Part shown: positions 47,623-60,900 of the stretch, in pieces | How positions within the stretch are numbered: position 1 is the first letter of the stretch | How the letters are laid out: every line of letters begins with the position of its first letter | NCBI GenBank assembly: GCA_044222065.1 | Contig: JBGAOA010000003.1 | Span: 40,302-104,301, forward strand | Length of the DNA stretch: 64,000 nt | Reading direction: 5' to 3' | Source: Candidatus Eiseniibacteriota bacterium | GTDB lineage: Bacteria > Eisenbacteria > RBG-16-71-46 | Notes under the pieces: generated by a model | Seen by the model: the letters and a program-made list of their open reading frames with translations, nothing else | The model's database searches: none | What the model was told of the DNA's origin: nothing | Position numbers and translations under genes: made by a program

Positions 47623-49845
47623 ATGAGCGAGATCCAGGGCCTCACGCTTCCCGCGCTTCCCGACCGTCAGCGGAGCTTCCGCTGGCGCTATTACCTCGTG
47701 CGCGGCGTGCTCGTGCTCGTGCTGCTCGCGTTCGCGGCGCTGCTGCCGCGCAGCGACGCCGAGCGCGAGCGCTACCGCTACCGCGAAGGCGACATCGCGC
47801 GCGAGCGCGTCGTCGCGCCGTTCGACTTCCGCGTCGAGAAGGACGAGGTCGTGCTGCGCCGCGAGCAGCAGTCGGCCGCGGCCGCGGTGACGCCCGTGTA
47901 CATGCTCGACGCGCGCGTCTCGACCGAGATGCAGACGCGCTACGCGCTGTTCCAGCAGAAGGCGCTCGAGGTCGCGCTCGACCCGGCGGTGCGCGCCGCG
48001 GACCGCACGCAGCGCCTGCGGGCGCTCGGCGTGCCGCTCGGCGAGGAGAGCGCGACCGCGCTCGCCGCGCCCGGCCGCGCGCGCCGCGTGCTCGAAGGGC
48101 TCGGCGTGTGGCTGCGCGAGGTGTACGACGCCGGCATCGCCGCCGAGAAGCGCGGCGACCTGCTGCAGGGGTACCGCACGGTGAGCCTGCGGACCGGGGA
48201 CACCGAGGCGCCGCACGCGGCGAGCCTGTTCCTCGACCGTCGCGAGGCGCTCGCGCTCATCGACCGGCGCGCCCGTCCGATGTTCGACGGCGACGAGCGC
48301 GGCCAGCGGCTCGTCGCGGAACTCGCGAGTGCGTTCGTCCAGCCGAACATCGTCTACGACCGCGCCGAGACCGAGTGGCGCCGCGTGCAGGCGCAGAGCG
48401 TCGTGCCGTCCACGATCAGCACGGTGAAGAAGGACGAGCTCGTCGTGGACGCGAACCAGCGCATCTCGCGCGACGCGCTCCTCAAGCTCCGGTCGCTGTC
48501 GAACGTGCTCTCGGCGCGCCGCAGCCGCACCGAGTTCCTGTACCCGCCGGTCGCGCGCATGCTGCTCATGCTGCTGTTCATCGCGGTGTTCGCGGCCTAC
48601 CTGCGCGTCGAGCTGCCCGCCGTGTACCGCGACAACTCGATGCTGACCATGTTCACGATGCTGTCGGCGATCGTGATGCTGTGCGCGGAGCTGCTCGTCG
48701 GCCAGCTCGGTTACTCCGAGTTCGTCGTGCCGCTCGCGCTCGCGCCGCTCGTCGTCGGCTCGCTGCTCGAGAAGCGTCCGGCGCTCGTCTTCACGCTCGT
48801 GCTCGCGGTGACGATCTCGTCGGTGATGGAGCTGCGCGCGCCGTTCATGCCGGTCGCGGTCATGGGCGGCCTCACCGCGGTGTACTCGGTGTCGCGCCTG
48901 CGCCACCGCCTGCACTTCGTGCGCGCGACGCTCGTGATCGCGGCCGCGAACGTCGCCGCGATCCTCGCGTGGGACCTCGCGCGCGCCTCGTCGGCGACGG
49001 TGCTGCTGCGCGATCTCGGATGGGGCGGCCTCAACGCGGCGCTCGCGACGTCGCTCGCGTTCCTCGTGCTGCCGCTCGTGGAACTCGCGTTCCGCATGAC
49101 GAGCGACATCACGCTGCTCGAGCTGTCGGACCTGAACCGCCCGATCCTCAAGCGCATGCAGCTCGAGGCGCCCGGCACGTACCACCACAGCATGGTCGTC
49201 GGCTCGCTCGCCGAGGCGGCCGCCGAGGCGATCGGGGCGAATTCGCTGCTCGCGCGCGTCGCCGCGTACTACCACGACATCGGCAAGCTCGCGAAGCCCG
49301 AGTACTACGCCGAGAACGAGCCGGCGTCGTCGCGTTCGCGCCACGAGAAGCTGACGCCGAGCATGAGCGCGCTCGTCGTGAAGTCGCACATCACGGAAGG
49401 CCTCGAGATCGCGCGCAAGGAGCGCCTGCCGCGCGCCGTGCGCGACGCGATCCCCGAGCACCACGGCACGATGGTGATGGCGTTCTTCTATCACAAGGCG
49501 CTCGAGGCCGACGAAGGCGCGCGGCGCGAGGACTACAGCTACCCCGGGCCGAAGCCGCGCTCGCGCGAGACCGCGATCCTCATGCTCGCGGACGGCGTCG
49601 AAGGCGCCTCGCGCGCGCTCGCCGAGCCGACGCCGAGCCGCATCCGCGGGCTCGTGCAGCGCATCATCGACGAACGCGTGCGCGACGGTCAGCTCGACGA
49701 CTGCGATCTCACGCTGCAGGAGCTGGCGAAGATCCGCGAGGCGTTCATCCCGGTGCTGACCGCGATCTTCCACGTGCGCGCGCCCTACCCGACGTTCAAC
49801 GTGCCGAAGCGCGCCGATGCCGATCTCCGTCGCAGCGCCGACTGA
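47623..49845 (+). CDS. 7TM-HD (HDIG) phosphohydrolase, PgpH-like
   Basis: Large extracellular domain, 7 TM, EAPGTYHHS, YYHDIGK, EHHGT, YPGPKP, MLAD. Confidence 0.92.
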   Translation: MSEIQGLTLPALPDRQRSFRWRYYLVRGVLVLVLLAFAALLPRSDAERERYRYREGDIARERVVAPFDFRVEKDEVVLRREQQSAAAAVTPVYMLDARVSTEMQTRYALFQQKALEVALDPAVRAADRTQRLRALGVPLGEESATALAAPGRARRVLEGLGVWLREVYDAGIAAEKRGDLLQGYRTVSLRTGDTEAPHAASLFLDRREALALIDRRARPMFDGDERGQRLVAELASAFVQPNIVYDRAETEWRRVQAQSVVPSTISTVKKDELVVDANQRISRDALLKLRSLSNVLSARRSRTEFLYPPVARMLLMLLFIAVFAAYLRVELPAVYRDNSMLTMFTMLSAIVMLCAELLVGQLGYSEFVVPLALAPLVVGSLLEKRPALVFTLVLAVTISSVMELRAPFMPVAVMGGLTAVYSVSRLRHRLHFVRATLVIAAANVAAILAWDLARASSATVLLRDLGWGGLNAALATSLAFLVLPLVELAFRMTSDITLLELSDLNRPILKRMQLEAPGTYHHSMVVGSLAEAAAEAIGANSLLARVAAYYHDIGKLAKPEYYAENEPASSRSRHEKLTPSMSALVVKSHITEGLEIARKERLPRAVRDAIPEHHGTMVMAFFYHKALEADEGARREDYSYPGPKPRSRETAILMLADGVEGASRALAEPTPSRIRGLVQRIIDERVRDGQLDDCDLTLQELAKIREAFIPVLTAIFHVRAPYPTFNVPKRADADLRRSAD

Positions 49846-50569
49846 GCGGCGCGCCGTCGCAACGCCGCTGCGCGCGATCGTGCGCGCCGTGCTGGCGGGC
49901 GAGTCGCGGCGCGCGGACGAGGTCGCGGTCGTGATCGCCGACGACGCGCGGCTGCGCGAACTGAACCGGCGCTGGCGCGGGATCGACCGCGCGACCGACG
50001 TGCTCAGCTTCAACTACGACGAGGGCGAACGCGGCTGGCGCGAAGCCCCGATCCGCGGCGACCTCGTCGTCTCGATGGACCGCGTGTTCGCGCAGGCGAA
50101 ACGCTACCGCGTGACGCCGGGCAAGGAACTCGCGCGGCTCGTCGTCCACGGCGCGCTGCACCTGTGCGGGCACGACCACCACGCGGCGGGCGAGCGGCGC
50201 GTGATGCGCGCGCGCGAGCAGGCGGCGCTGCGCTCGCTCGGCGGCGCGATCCGCCGGCTCGACGGAGCGCTGCGATGCGCGCCCGCGCGCCGCGCCTCGC
50301 GCGCGCGTTCCGCGCCGCCGCCGCGCTGCTCGCGCTCGCGGCGCTCGCGGGCGGCTGCGCGGGCGGCCGGCCGCGCATCGAGCGCGACTTCCTCGACACG
50401 ATCAAGCACGCCGAACGCGTCACGGTCTCGCGCTGCGAGTTCCCCGATCCGACCGAAACCGAGGGCGAAGCGGTCGCGAAGTCGCCCGACGATCCGTTCC
50501 CCGACCTCGTGCGCGTCGCGAGTGCCACGCCGGACGCGCGCTGGACGGCGCGCGCCGCGGGCAAGCTGA
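49817..50569 (+). CDS. ybeY: rRNA maturation endoribonuclease YbeY (homology ends near 50278; frame reads on)
   Basis: LNRRWRGIDRATDVLSF, GDLVVS, HGALHLCGHDH. Confidence 0.88.
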   Translation: MPISVAAPTERRAVATPLRAIVRAVLAGESRRADEVAVVIADDARLRELNRRWRGIDRATDVLSFNYDEGERGWREAPIRGDLVVSMDRVFAQAKRYRVTPGKELARLVVHGALHLCGHDHHAAGERRVMRAREQAALRSLGGAIRRLDGALRCAPARRASRARSAPPPRCSRSRRSRAAARAAGRASSATSSTRSSTPNASRSRAASSPIRPKPRAKRSRSRPTIRSPTSCASRVPRRTRAGRRAPRAS

Positions 50570-51153
50570 TCGGCAGCCTCGAGTACGCCCCCGATCCGTA
50601 CGCGCCGTGCCGCTCGTGCCCGCTCGAAGCGGTGTTCGAGCTGCGCTTCGAGCGCGCCGGACGCGTCGCGCGCGCGTTCGTCTTCCCGGCGCGCCACGAG
50701 GTGCGGCTCTATTCGGCGACCTTCCCGCAGGTCTGGCGCCCGCGCCCGGACCGCGTGCCGCACCTGCTCGCGCTCGTGCGCGAGGCGCTCGCCGCCGACC
50801 CGCTCACGATCTCGATGGACGCGAAGGGCCACCTCGATGCCGACGGCTTCCGCCGTGCGCATCCGTCCATGAACTTCTTCGAGGTCCTGCCCGAACTGCT
50901 CGTCGCACCGGACTCGATCGCGCCGCACTACCCCGAATCCGCGCGCGCGGCCGGCATCGAGGGCATGGTCCTCCTGAGCGTGCACGTCACGGCCGAGGGC
51001 GCGGTGGACAGCGCGCGCGTCGTGCGTTCGATCCCCGAGCTGGACGCGGCCGCGATCGAGTCGGCGTACCGGATGCGGTTCCGCCCCGCGCGCTCGTTCG
51101 GCGAGCCCGCCGCGACGTGGATCGCGGTGCCGGTGAGCTTCAAGCTCCGCTGA
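50275..51153 (+). CDS. Lipoprotein with C-terminal TonB_C domain
   Basis: Lipobox-like LAGGC; PHYPESARAAGIEGMVLLSVHVTAEG...LDAAAIES...FRPA...VPVSFKL. Confidence 0.8.
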   Translation: MRARAPRLARAFRAAAALLALAALAGGCAGGRPRIERDFLDTIKHAERVTVSRCEFPDPTETEGEAVAKSPDDPFPDLVRVASATPDARWTARAAGKLIGSLEYAPDPYAPCRSCPLEAVFELRFERAGRVARAFVFPARHEVRLYSATFPQVWRPRPDRVPHLLALVREALAADPLTISMDAKGHLDADGFRRAHPSMNFFEVLPELLVAPDSIAPHYPESARAAGIEGMVLLSVHVTAEGAVDSARVVRSIPELDAAAIESAYRMRFRPARSFGEPAATWIAVPVSFKLR

Positions 51154-51262
51154 GCGCAACGCGCGCGCCGCCGCGTGACCGCGCGCGCGCGAATCGCTAG
51201 AGTCCCCGCCGCACGCTTCATTTCGTCCACGCCGGACCCGCAGCGTCCCCGGACACGAGACC

Positions 51263-51874
51263 ATGGGCCGAATCCGCAACTACCTCCTCACCGGACTCAT
51301 CGTGCTCGCCCCGACCGCGATCACGATCACGGTCTTCTACCGGCTCCTGAACTGGGTCGACAACCTGCTCGGGCGCTACCTGCGCTTCGAGGCGCTCGAC
51401 TACCACCGCATCCCCGGGCTCGGCCTGCTCGCGACGCTGCTGCTGCTCGTGATCGTCGGCTTCGTCGCGTCGCGCATCGGCGCGCGCCCGCTGCTGCGCG
51501 TCTGGGACCAGCTGCTCATGCGCATCCCCGGCGTCGGCATCGTCTACGGCTCGACGAAGTCGCTCGGCGAGGCGTTCCTGAACAAGAAGGAGCAGGCGTT
51601 CAAGCAGGTCGTGCTCGTGCCGTGGCCGCGCGAGAACGTGTGGCGCGTCGGCTTCCTCACCGGCCGCGCGAACTCCGACGTGCGCGAGAAGCTCGGCGGC
51701 GACGTCGAGGTCGTGTTCGTCCCGCACACGCCGAACCCGGCCTCGGGCTTCGTGCACTACTTCCCGAAGAAGGACGTCGTGTACCTCGACTGGCCGATCG
51801 AGGACGGGCTCAAGGTGATCGTGTCGGGCGGCGTCGTGCAGCCCGACGTCGCGGCGCCGCGCGCGGGCGCCTGA
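51263..51874 (+). CDS. DUF502 membrane protein
   Basis: LTGLIVLAP, FKQVVLVPWPR, VFVPHTPNPASGF, IVSGG. Confidence 0.92.
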   Translation: MGRIRNYLLTGLIVLAPTAITITVFYRLLNWVDNLLGRYLRFEALDYHRIPGLGLLATLLLLVIVGFVASRIGARPLLRVWDQLLMRIPGVGIVYGSTKSLGEAFLNKKEQAFKQVVLVPWPRENVWRVGFLTGRANSDVREKLGGDVEVVFVPHTPNPASGFVHYFPKKDVVYLDWPIEDGLKVIVSGGVVQPDVAAPRAGA

Positions 51875-51907
51875 GCCCGCGCCGGGTCGCGGGGGAACGG
51901 ATCCGCC

Positions 51908-52687
51908 GTGGCGCTCGTGACGAGCGAAGGCATCGTCCTCAAGATCCAGGCGCTCGGCGACACGAGCCGCATCGTCACCGTCTACACGCGCGATCACGGC
52001 CTGCGGAAGTTCGTCGCGAAGGGCGCGCGCAAGACGCCCGCGCGTTTCGGTTTCGCGCTCGAGCCGCTGTCGCGCGCGCGCTACGTCTTCTACCTGAAGC
52101 CCGACCGCGACCTGCACCTGCTGTCGCAGGCCGAGGTGCTCGACGCCTACGGCAGCCGCGTGACGAGCCTGCGCCGGCTCGCCCACGCGCAGGCGGCGCT
52201 CGAGCTGCTCGACCGGCTCGTGTGGGGCGAGGAGCCGCACTCCGAGCTGTTCGAGCTGCTGCGCGACACGCTCGCGGCACTCGCCGCGGCGCCCGACCGC
52301 GCGCTCGCGACGATCACGATCGCCTACCAGCTCCAGGTCGCGGGGCTGCTCGGCTACCGCCCGCGGCTCGACGCCTGCGCGCACTGCGGCGGGCCTCTCT
52401 CGCCGCGGCGCGTGTTCTCGGCCGCGCGCGGCGGGCTGCTGTGCGACGCCGACGCCGCGCGCGAGGCGGGCACGGTCGTGCTCAGCGCGGACGCGCTCGG
52501 CGGGCTGTCGCTGCTGCTCACGCGCCCCGTCGGCGAGGCCGGCGACTACGTCGAGCTGAAGAACGCGGGCGAGATCCTGCGCGTCGTCGAGCTGTTCCTG
52601 CGCGAGCACTTCCTGCGCTTCCGCGGCCTGCGCTCGCTCGAGGTGCTGAAGTCGCTGCCGGGGGAGGACGCCGCGCCGCGCGGCTGA
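51908..52687 (+). CDS. recO: DNA repair protein RecO
   Basis: EGIVLK...[42 protein letters not shown]. Confidence 0.93.
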   Translation: MALVTSEGIVLKIQALGDTSRIVTVYTRDHGLRKFVAKGARKTPARFGFALEPLSRARYVFYLKPDRDLHLLSQAEVLDAYGSRVTSLRRLAHAQAALELLDRLVWGEEPHSELFELLRDTLAALAAAPDRALATITIAYQLQVAGLLGYRPRLDACAHCGGPLSPRRVFSAARGGLLCDADAAREAGTVVLSADALGGLSLLLTRPVGEAGDYVELKNAGEILRVVELFLREHFLRFRGLRSLEVLKSLPGEDAAPRG

Positions 52688-52781
52688 GCCGCGCCGCCGC
52701 CTTCGGCTCGACGTTCGTGAATGCGTCAGGCTAGACTGCCGCGCTTCCGACCGCGATCCACTCCTTCCGAGACGCCGCGCC

Positions 52782-53783
52782 ATGTCCGCTCCCGATCCCC
52801 GCCAGTCCCTGCAGGCGATGATGCTCGCGCTCGAGACCTACTGGGCCGAGCGGGGCTGCGTGATCCAGCAGCCGTATCCGTCCGAGGTCGGCGCCGGCAC
52901 GTTCAACCCCGCGACGTTCCTGCGCTCGCTCGGCCCCGAACCGTGGCGCGTCGCGTACGTCGAGCCGTCGCGGCGGCCGAAGGACGGGCGCTACGGCGAG
53001 AACCCGAACCGCTTCCAGCAGTTCTTCCAGTACCAGGTGCTGCTCAAGCCCTCGCCCGGTGACGTCGTGGACCAGTACTTCGACTCGCTGCGCGCGATCG
53101 GCATCGAGCCGCGCGAACACGACCTGCGCCTCGTCGAGGACGACTGGGAGTCGCCGACGCTCGGCGCGGCCGGGCTCGGCTGGCAGGTGTGGATGGACGG
53201 CACCGAGATCTCGCAGTTCACGTACTTCCAGCAGTGCGGCGGACTCGAGCTGCCGGTCGTGTCGGCCGAGCTGACGTACGGCCTCGACCGCATCGGGATG
53301 ATGCTGCAGAAGAGGGACCGCGTTCAGGACCTCGCGTGGGCGCCCGGCGTCACGTGGGGCGACCTGTGGGTGCGCAACGAGTGGGAGTGGTCGCACTACA
53401 ACTTCGAACAGGCGCCGGTCGAGGCGCTGTTCGAGATGTTCCGCGTGTGGGAGACGGAAGCCTCGCGGCTCCTCGACCTGAAGCTCGTGGCACCCGGCTA
53501 CGACGCCGTCATCAAGTGCTCGCACGTCTTCAACCTGCTCGATGCGCGCGGCGCGATCTCGGTGAGCGAGCGCGTCGGCTACATCGGGCGCGTGCGGAAG
53601 ATCGCGCGCCAGGCGGCGCTCGCGCATCACCACCTGCGCGCCGAGCTCGGCTACCCGCTCATCCCGGATCCGGCCGAGCGCCAGCGCTGGCTCGACGCCT
53701 ACGCCGCGCAGCAGGAGAAGGCGAAGGGCGCGAAGAAGGCCGGCGAGGCGAAGGCCGCGAAGAAAGCCGGGGCGGACGCGTGA
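52782..53783 (+). CDS. glyQ: Glycine--tRNA ligase alpha subunit
   Basis: [60 protein letters not shown]. Confidence 0.97.
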   Translation: MSAPDPRQSLQAMMLALETYWAERGCVIQQPYPSEVGAGTFNPATFLRSLGPEPWRVAYVEPSRRPKDGRYGENPNRFQQFFQYQVLLKPSPGDVVDQYFDSLRAIGIEPREHDLRLVEDDWESPTLGAAGLGWQVWMDGTEISQFTYFQQCGGLELPVVSAELTYGLDRIGMMLQKRDRVQDLAWAPGVTWGDLWVRNEWEWSHYNFEQAPVEALFEMFRVWETEASRLLDLKLVAPGYDAVIKCSHVFNLLDARGAISVSERVGYIGRVRKIARQAALAHHHLRAELGYPLIPDPAERQRWLDAYAAQQEKAKGAKKAGEAKAAKKAGADA

Positions 53784-55921
53784 GCCGCGACCTGCTGTTC
53801 GAGATCGGCGTCGAAGAGGTTCCGGCCGGTTACATCCCGCCGGCGCTCGACCAGCTCGAGGCCGGCGCGCGCGCGCTGCTCGCGGATCTTCGGCTCGCGC
53901 ACGGCGACGTGCGCGTGAGCGGCACGCCGCGGCGGCTCGCGCTCGAGGTCGCGGGGGTCGCCGAGCGCCAGCCCGATGCGACCGAGGAGGCGATGGGGCC
54001 CGCGGTGAAGGCGGCGTACGACGCGAGCGGCCAGCCGACGAAGGCGCTGCTCGGCTTCTGTCAGGGGCGCGGCGTCGAGCTGTCGGCCGTACGGCGCGTC
54101 GAGACGCCGAAGGGCGAGTACGTGGCCGTGACGGTGCAGCGTGTCGGCAAGCCCGCGGCCGAAGTGCTCGGCGTCGGGCTCGCGACGCTCGCGACGAAGC
54201 TGCAGTTCCCGAAGAGCATGCGCTGGCTCGACGACGACACGCGCTTCGCCCGGCCGGTGCGCTGGCTCGTCGCGCTGTTCGGCGCCGACGTGATCCCGGT
54301 GCGCGCGTTCCAGCTCGACGCGGGCCGCGTCACGCGCGGCCACCGCTTCCTCGCGCCCGGACCGCTGGAAGTTCCTGACGCCGCGGCGTACGCCGCGGCG
54401 CTCGCTTCGCGCGACGTGACCGCGGATCCGGCCGCGCGCGCGGCCGACATCGAGGCGCAGCTCGCGCGCGAGGCGCAGGCCGCCGGCGGCCGCGTCGTCG
54501 CCGACGCCGAGCTCGTCGAGATCAACAACTTCATGGTCGAGCGGCCGACGGTCGTGCGCGGCGCGTTCGACGCGCGCTACCTCGACCTGCCGCGCGAGGT
54601 GATCGTGACGGCGCTGCGCGAGCACCAGAAGTTCTTCGCGGTCGAGGACGCGTCGGGCGCGCTCCAGCCCGCGTTCCTCGCGGTCCGCAACGGCGACGAT
54701 CGCGGTCTCGATCTCGTGCGCAAGGGCAACCAGGACGTGCTCGTCGCGCGGCTCGAGGACGCGAAGTTCTACTGGGACACCGACCTCAAGACCGCGCCCG
54801 CGGCGGCGGTCGAGAAGCTCGGCGCGGTCGTGTGGATGGAAGGGCTCGGGAGCCTGCGCGAGAAGGCGGCGCGGCTCGAGTCGCTCGGCGGCTGGCTCGC
54901 CGAGCGGCTCGCGCCCGCGGACGCCGCGCACGTGCGGCGCGCCGCGCTCCTCTGCAAGACCGATCTGCTCGGCGAGATGATCGGCAGCGGCAAGGAGTAC
55001 GCGGTGCTCGAAGGCGTGATGGGCGGCCACTACGCGCGGCGCGCGGGCGAGCCCGAGGCCGTCTGTGTCGCGATCGCCGAGCACTACCGGCCGCGCGGCG
55101 CGAGCGACGCCTGCCCGGCCTCGGCCGCGGGCTCGCTGCTCGCGCTCGCCGACAAGCTCGACCACGTCGCCGGCGCGTTCGTCGGCGGCAAGATCCCGTC
55201 GGGCTCGGAAGACCCGTACGGCGTGCGGCGCGCGGGCAACGGCGTCGTGCGCATCCTGATCGAGCAGGACCGCCGCCTCGACCTGCGCGATGCGACGATG
55301 GAGAGCACCCGCACGTTCTTCGCCGCGAACCCCGAGCTGCCGCAGGCCGACGTCGTGAAAAAGCTCGGCGAGTTCTGGCGCGGCCGCGTGGACGTGGCGC
55401 TCGAAGACCGCGGCGTGCCGTACGACGTGCGCGAGGCCGCGCTCGAAGCGCGCCTGCCGATGGAGGGCGCGGGACGCAGCCGCCCCGGCTGGATCGACCC
55501 CGCCGACGCGCTCGCGCGCGCGCGCACGCTCGTCGAGTTCCGCGGCGACCGGCGCTTCGAGCCGCTCGTCGTGCTGTTCAAGCGCGTCGCGAACATCCTC
55601 GCCAAGTCGTCCGACGCGCTGCCCGCGGCGCTCGACCGCGCGCGGCTCGGCGAAGCGGCCGAGCGCGACCTCGCGGGCGCGCTCGACGCCGCGCGCGCGG
55701 CGTCGGCGCCGCTCTGGGAAGCGCGCGACTACGCGCGCGTGCTGCCCGCGCTGCTCGCGATGGAGCAGCCGATCCACGCGTTCTTCGACGCCGTCATGGT
55801 CAACGTCGAGGACGCGCCGACGCGTACGAACCGCCTGCGGCTGCTCGCCGACGTGCGCGAGCTGTTCCTGCGCGGCTGGGACCTCTCGAAGATCGTCGTC
55901 GAGGGCGAGAAGGGCGCGTAG
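53780..55921 (+). CDS. glyS: Glycine--tRNA ligase beta subunit
   Basis: GTG overlapping the glyQ stop; [49 protein letters not shown]. Confidence 0.96.
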   Translation: MSRDLLFEIGVEEVPAGYIPPALDQLEAGARALLADLRLAHGDVRVSGTPRRLALEVAGVAERQPDATEEAMGPAVKAAYDASGQPTKALLGFCQGRGVELSAVRRVETPKGEYVAVTVQRVGKPAAEVLGVGLATLATKLQFPKSMRWLDDDTRFARPVRWLVALFGADVIPVRAFQLDAGRVTRGHRFLAPGPLEVPDAAAYAAALASRDVTADPAARAADIEAQLAREAQAAGGRVVADAELVEINNFMVERPTVVRGAFDARYLDLPREVIVTALREHQKFFAVEDASGALQPAFLAVRNGDDRGLDLVRKGNQDVLVARLEDAKFYWDTDLKTAPAAAVEKLGAVVWMEGLGSLREKAARLESLGGWLAERLAPADAAHVRRAALLCKTDLLGEMIGSGKEYAVLEGVMGGHYARRAGEPEAVCVAIAEHYRPRGASDACPASAAGSLLALADKLDHVAGAFVGGKIPSGSEDPYGVRRAGNGVVRILIEQDRRLDLRDATMESTRTFFAANPELPQADVVKKLGEFWRGRVDVALEDRGVPYDVREAALEARLPMEGAGRSRPGWIDPADALARARTLVEFRGDRRFEPLVVLFKRVANILAKSSDALPAALDRARLGEAAERDLAGALDAARAASAPLWEARDYARVLPALLAMEQPIHAFFDAVMVNVEDAPTRTNRLRLLADVRELFLRGWDLSKIVVEGEKGA

Positions 55922-55970
55922 CGGCGCGCGCGTCCGCGGCCGGACGGCGCGGTCGTGCGGAGTGCGAGCC

Positions 55971-57802
<1,832 letters not shown>

Positions 57803-57861
57803 CTCGGGCGCGGACCGTAGCACAGGCGCACGCGGCGGCGGCCGCGCGCGCCGCAGGCGCG

Positions 57862-57893
57862 ACGGCGGACGGCGCGCGAGCACCGTCCGCCGT
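57862..57893. terminator. GC hairpin downstream of the large secreted-protein gene
   Basis: ACGGCGGACGG-N10-CCGTCCGCCGT perfect 11-bp stem; no U-tract. Confidence 0.4.
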
Positions 57894-57935
57894 GCGATGC
57901 CGGGCGCCGGGGAGACGGCGTGCCCGGCGGTTCGA

Positions 57936-60900
57936 TCACTTCAGCCACACGAACGTGTGCCGCCGCTCCTCGCCGTCCACGCGCAGCTTCGCGAAGTACA
58001 CGCCGGCACGCGCACGGGCGGAACCGTCCGCCGCGCCGTCCCACTTCGCCGCGTGCCAGCCGGCCTCGAGCACGCCGTCCGCGAGCGTCTTCACCCGGCG
58101 GCCGGCGACGTCGTAGAGGTCGAGCCGCACGCGGGCGCGGCGCGGCAGGCCGAAGCGCAGCGTCGCCGCGCCGCGCGCCGGATTCGGCATCACGGGCGCG
58201 AGTTCGAGCGCGAGCGGCGCCGGCTCGACGTCGGTGCTGCCGAGGACCGCGAACGGCTCGCTCATCGCGAGCACGCCCTCGACCTGGAGCGGCGCGTCCA
58301 CGATCGCGAGCGTCGAGTCGGGCGTGAGCTGGTTCTCGACCCAAACGATGGCGACGCGCACGCCCTCGCCGATGCGGGCGGGCGCCGTCCACGTGTAGCG
58401 GCCGTCGTTCGCGACGTGGTCGGCGTCGAGCGTCCACAGCGAGTCCCCGGGGAACTGGTGCAGCACCGCGACCCAGTTCACGTGGAGGTCGCGCGGCGTC
58501 TCCCAGTCCATGTCGGCCCGCTCGCCCGGGTGCAGGTCGCGCGGCGGAACGGGGCAGTGGACGCGGCCGTACTTCACGCGGATCGTGTCGCAGCCGGCGA
58601 AGCGCAGGCCGGACACGAGCCCGGTGACGCACACCTCGACGCTGTCGCCCGGCGCGACCGCGAGCATCACGGCGCGGCGGTCGAATTTCACCGTCAGCGT
58701 GCTCTCGTTGCAGTCCGGCGTGCCGTCCTCGTCGTCGTCGCGATCGTCGCCGTCGCCGTGGCCGTGGCCGCCGCCGTTCGCATCGTCACCCGCGCCGGCG
58801 TAGCCCGAGTCGTCGCCGTGGCCGTGATGGTGCGTCGTGTCGGCCGGCACCACGCCGTTGAGCCGCAGGCTCGCGAGGTCCACGTCGCACGCGCGGTACG
58901 GCGCCGGCAGCGTGATCTCGCCCGTCACCCAGCGGCCGACCGAGCGGATGTTGAGCGTGCTCGGACGGAACTCGAAGTCCACGGGAACGACCGGCAGCGC
59001 GTCCGGCGTGCCGATCACGCGCACGGTGCCGTCGCCCGAGTTCACGACGTACAGGCGCACGAGTCCGAGCGGATTCACCGCGAGCGCCGTCGGCGCCGGA
59101 CCGGTGGGGATCGTGCGTTCGAGCGTGAGCGACACCGGAGCGACCGGCAGCACCGTCGAGGCGCCGCTGCCGGCGCCCGTGCCGATCACGTAGACGAGCA
59201 CGACGTTCTGGTCGTAGTCGGTGACGAACGCGCGCGTGCCGTCGGCGCTGATCGCGACGGCGGTGCCGCCGCCCGAGCCCGTGTTCACGGTCGTCACGAC
59301 TTTGTACTGGTTCGTGCCCGGCGCGAGCTGGATCACGAACAGCTGGCCCGCGGCGTTGAGCGCGACCGCCATCGTGCCGTCGGCGCTGATCGCGACCGCG
59401 GTGCCGCCGCCCGAGCCCGTGTTCACGGTCGTCACGACGCGCTGCGTGCGCAGGTCGATGATCACGACGCCCGACGCGCACGCGACGAGCGCGAGCGTGC
59501 CGTCGGCGCTGATCGCGACGGCGGTGCCGCCGCCCGAGCCGGTGTTCACGGTCGTCACGACCTGGTCGAACGTCGCGTTGCCCGGATTCGCGTCGATGAC
59601 GCTCAGGTCGTTCGTGCCGGAGTTGAGCACGAACACCTTCGGGCCCGCCGCCGACACGACGATGTCCACCGGCGCCTCGCCGACCGGGATGCTCTGGATC
59701 ACGCGATGGTAGTCGGGAGAGGCGGGATCCACGTCCACGACGCTCACGCTGTTGCTGCCGGTGTTCGCGACGTACGCGCGCAGCGGCGCGGGCAGGATCG
59801 CGACCGACTGCGGCCTCAGGCCGACCGTCACGCTCGTGATGGACGTCGCGGCGACGAGGTCGAGCGCCGTGAGCGTATTGAGCGACGGGTTCGTGACGTA
59901 GCCGCGCTTGCCGTCCGGGGTGATCGCGAGGTCGCGGATGCCCTGGCTCGCGTCGAGGTCGCCGACCGCGCCGCCGAGCGTGGGGTTCGGCGGCAGCACG
60001 ATGAAGTTGACGCCCGGGCTCGTCGCCGCGTTCGCGGTCACGGTCACGGGACCGCTCGTCGCGGCGAGCGGCACGACGCTCGTGATCGAGCCCGGTTCGG
60101 CGCCCGTCACGGGTCCGGCCGTGCCGTTGAACGTCACGACGTTCTGCGCGGCGATCGCGTCGAAGCCCTCGCCCGCGATCGCGACCGCGGCGCCGACGGG
60201 GCCCGCGGGCGGCTGGATCGCGGCGATGCGCACGGCCGGCGGCGCCTGCACGGTGAACGACGACGTCGCGCCCGAGGCGAGCGGCTGCCCGTCCGTGTCG
60301 CGCGCGCCCGGCTGCACGGTGATGACGCAGTTCGCCGAGTACGGCAGCCGCTGGGAGGGCTGGAAGACGAGGAAGCGGCCTTCGTCCTCCGCCCGCCACG
60401 TGCCCGCCACGGACGCGCCGTTCGCGCTCAGGCCGATGGCGCTCGTCGCGTTCGCCGCCATCTTCTGCGTGAAGCGCACGGCGATCGGCGTCGTTGCGTT
60501 CAGGTTCGTCGCGCCGTCGGGCGGCGAGATCGCGGTGATCTCGGGCGCGATCTCGGCGTCGCTCAGCACGACGTGCGCGGTGAGCGTCGCGTGCGCGGGC
60601 TCGACGCCGAGCACGCGCGCGTTCAGGTACGCGTTCGCGCCCGACGCGGGCAGCGTCCACGGCACCGACGCTTCGCCGTTCGAGTCCGTCGTGCGCACGA
60701 GCAGCGTCGTGTTCGCGCCGGGGAACGAGCCGCTGCCGGACGTGAGCGCGAACTCGACGAGCGCGCCCGGAGCGGGCTGGCCCTGCGGACCGGTCGCGCG
60801 CACGCGCGCGGCCTGCGGCAGCGTCGTTCCGGGCGGCCCCGACTGCTGGTCGCCGGCGACGACGGCGAGCTGCGTCGCCTCGGTCGTCGTGACCGTGCGG

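Noticed and set aside
59235-59561. Repeat-spacer-repeat pattern resembling a CRISPR array
   Set aside because: Repeats are 66 bp, in frame inside a long CDS with periods of 138 and 123 bp (multiples of 3), and there are no cas genes
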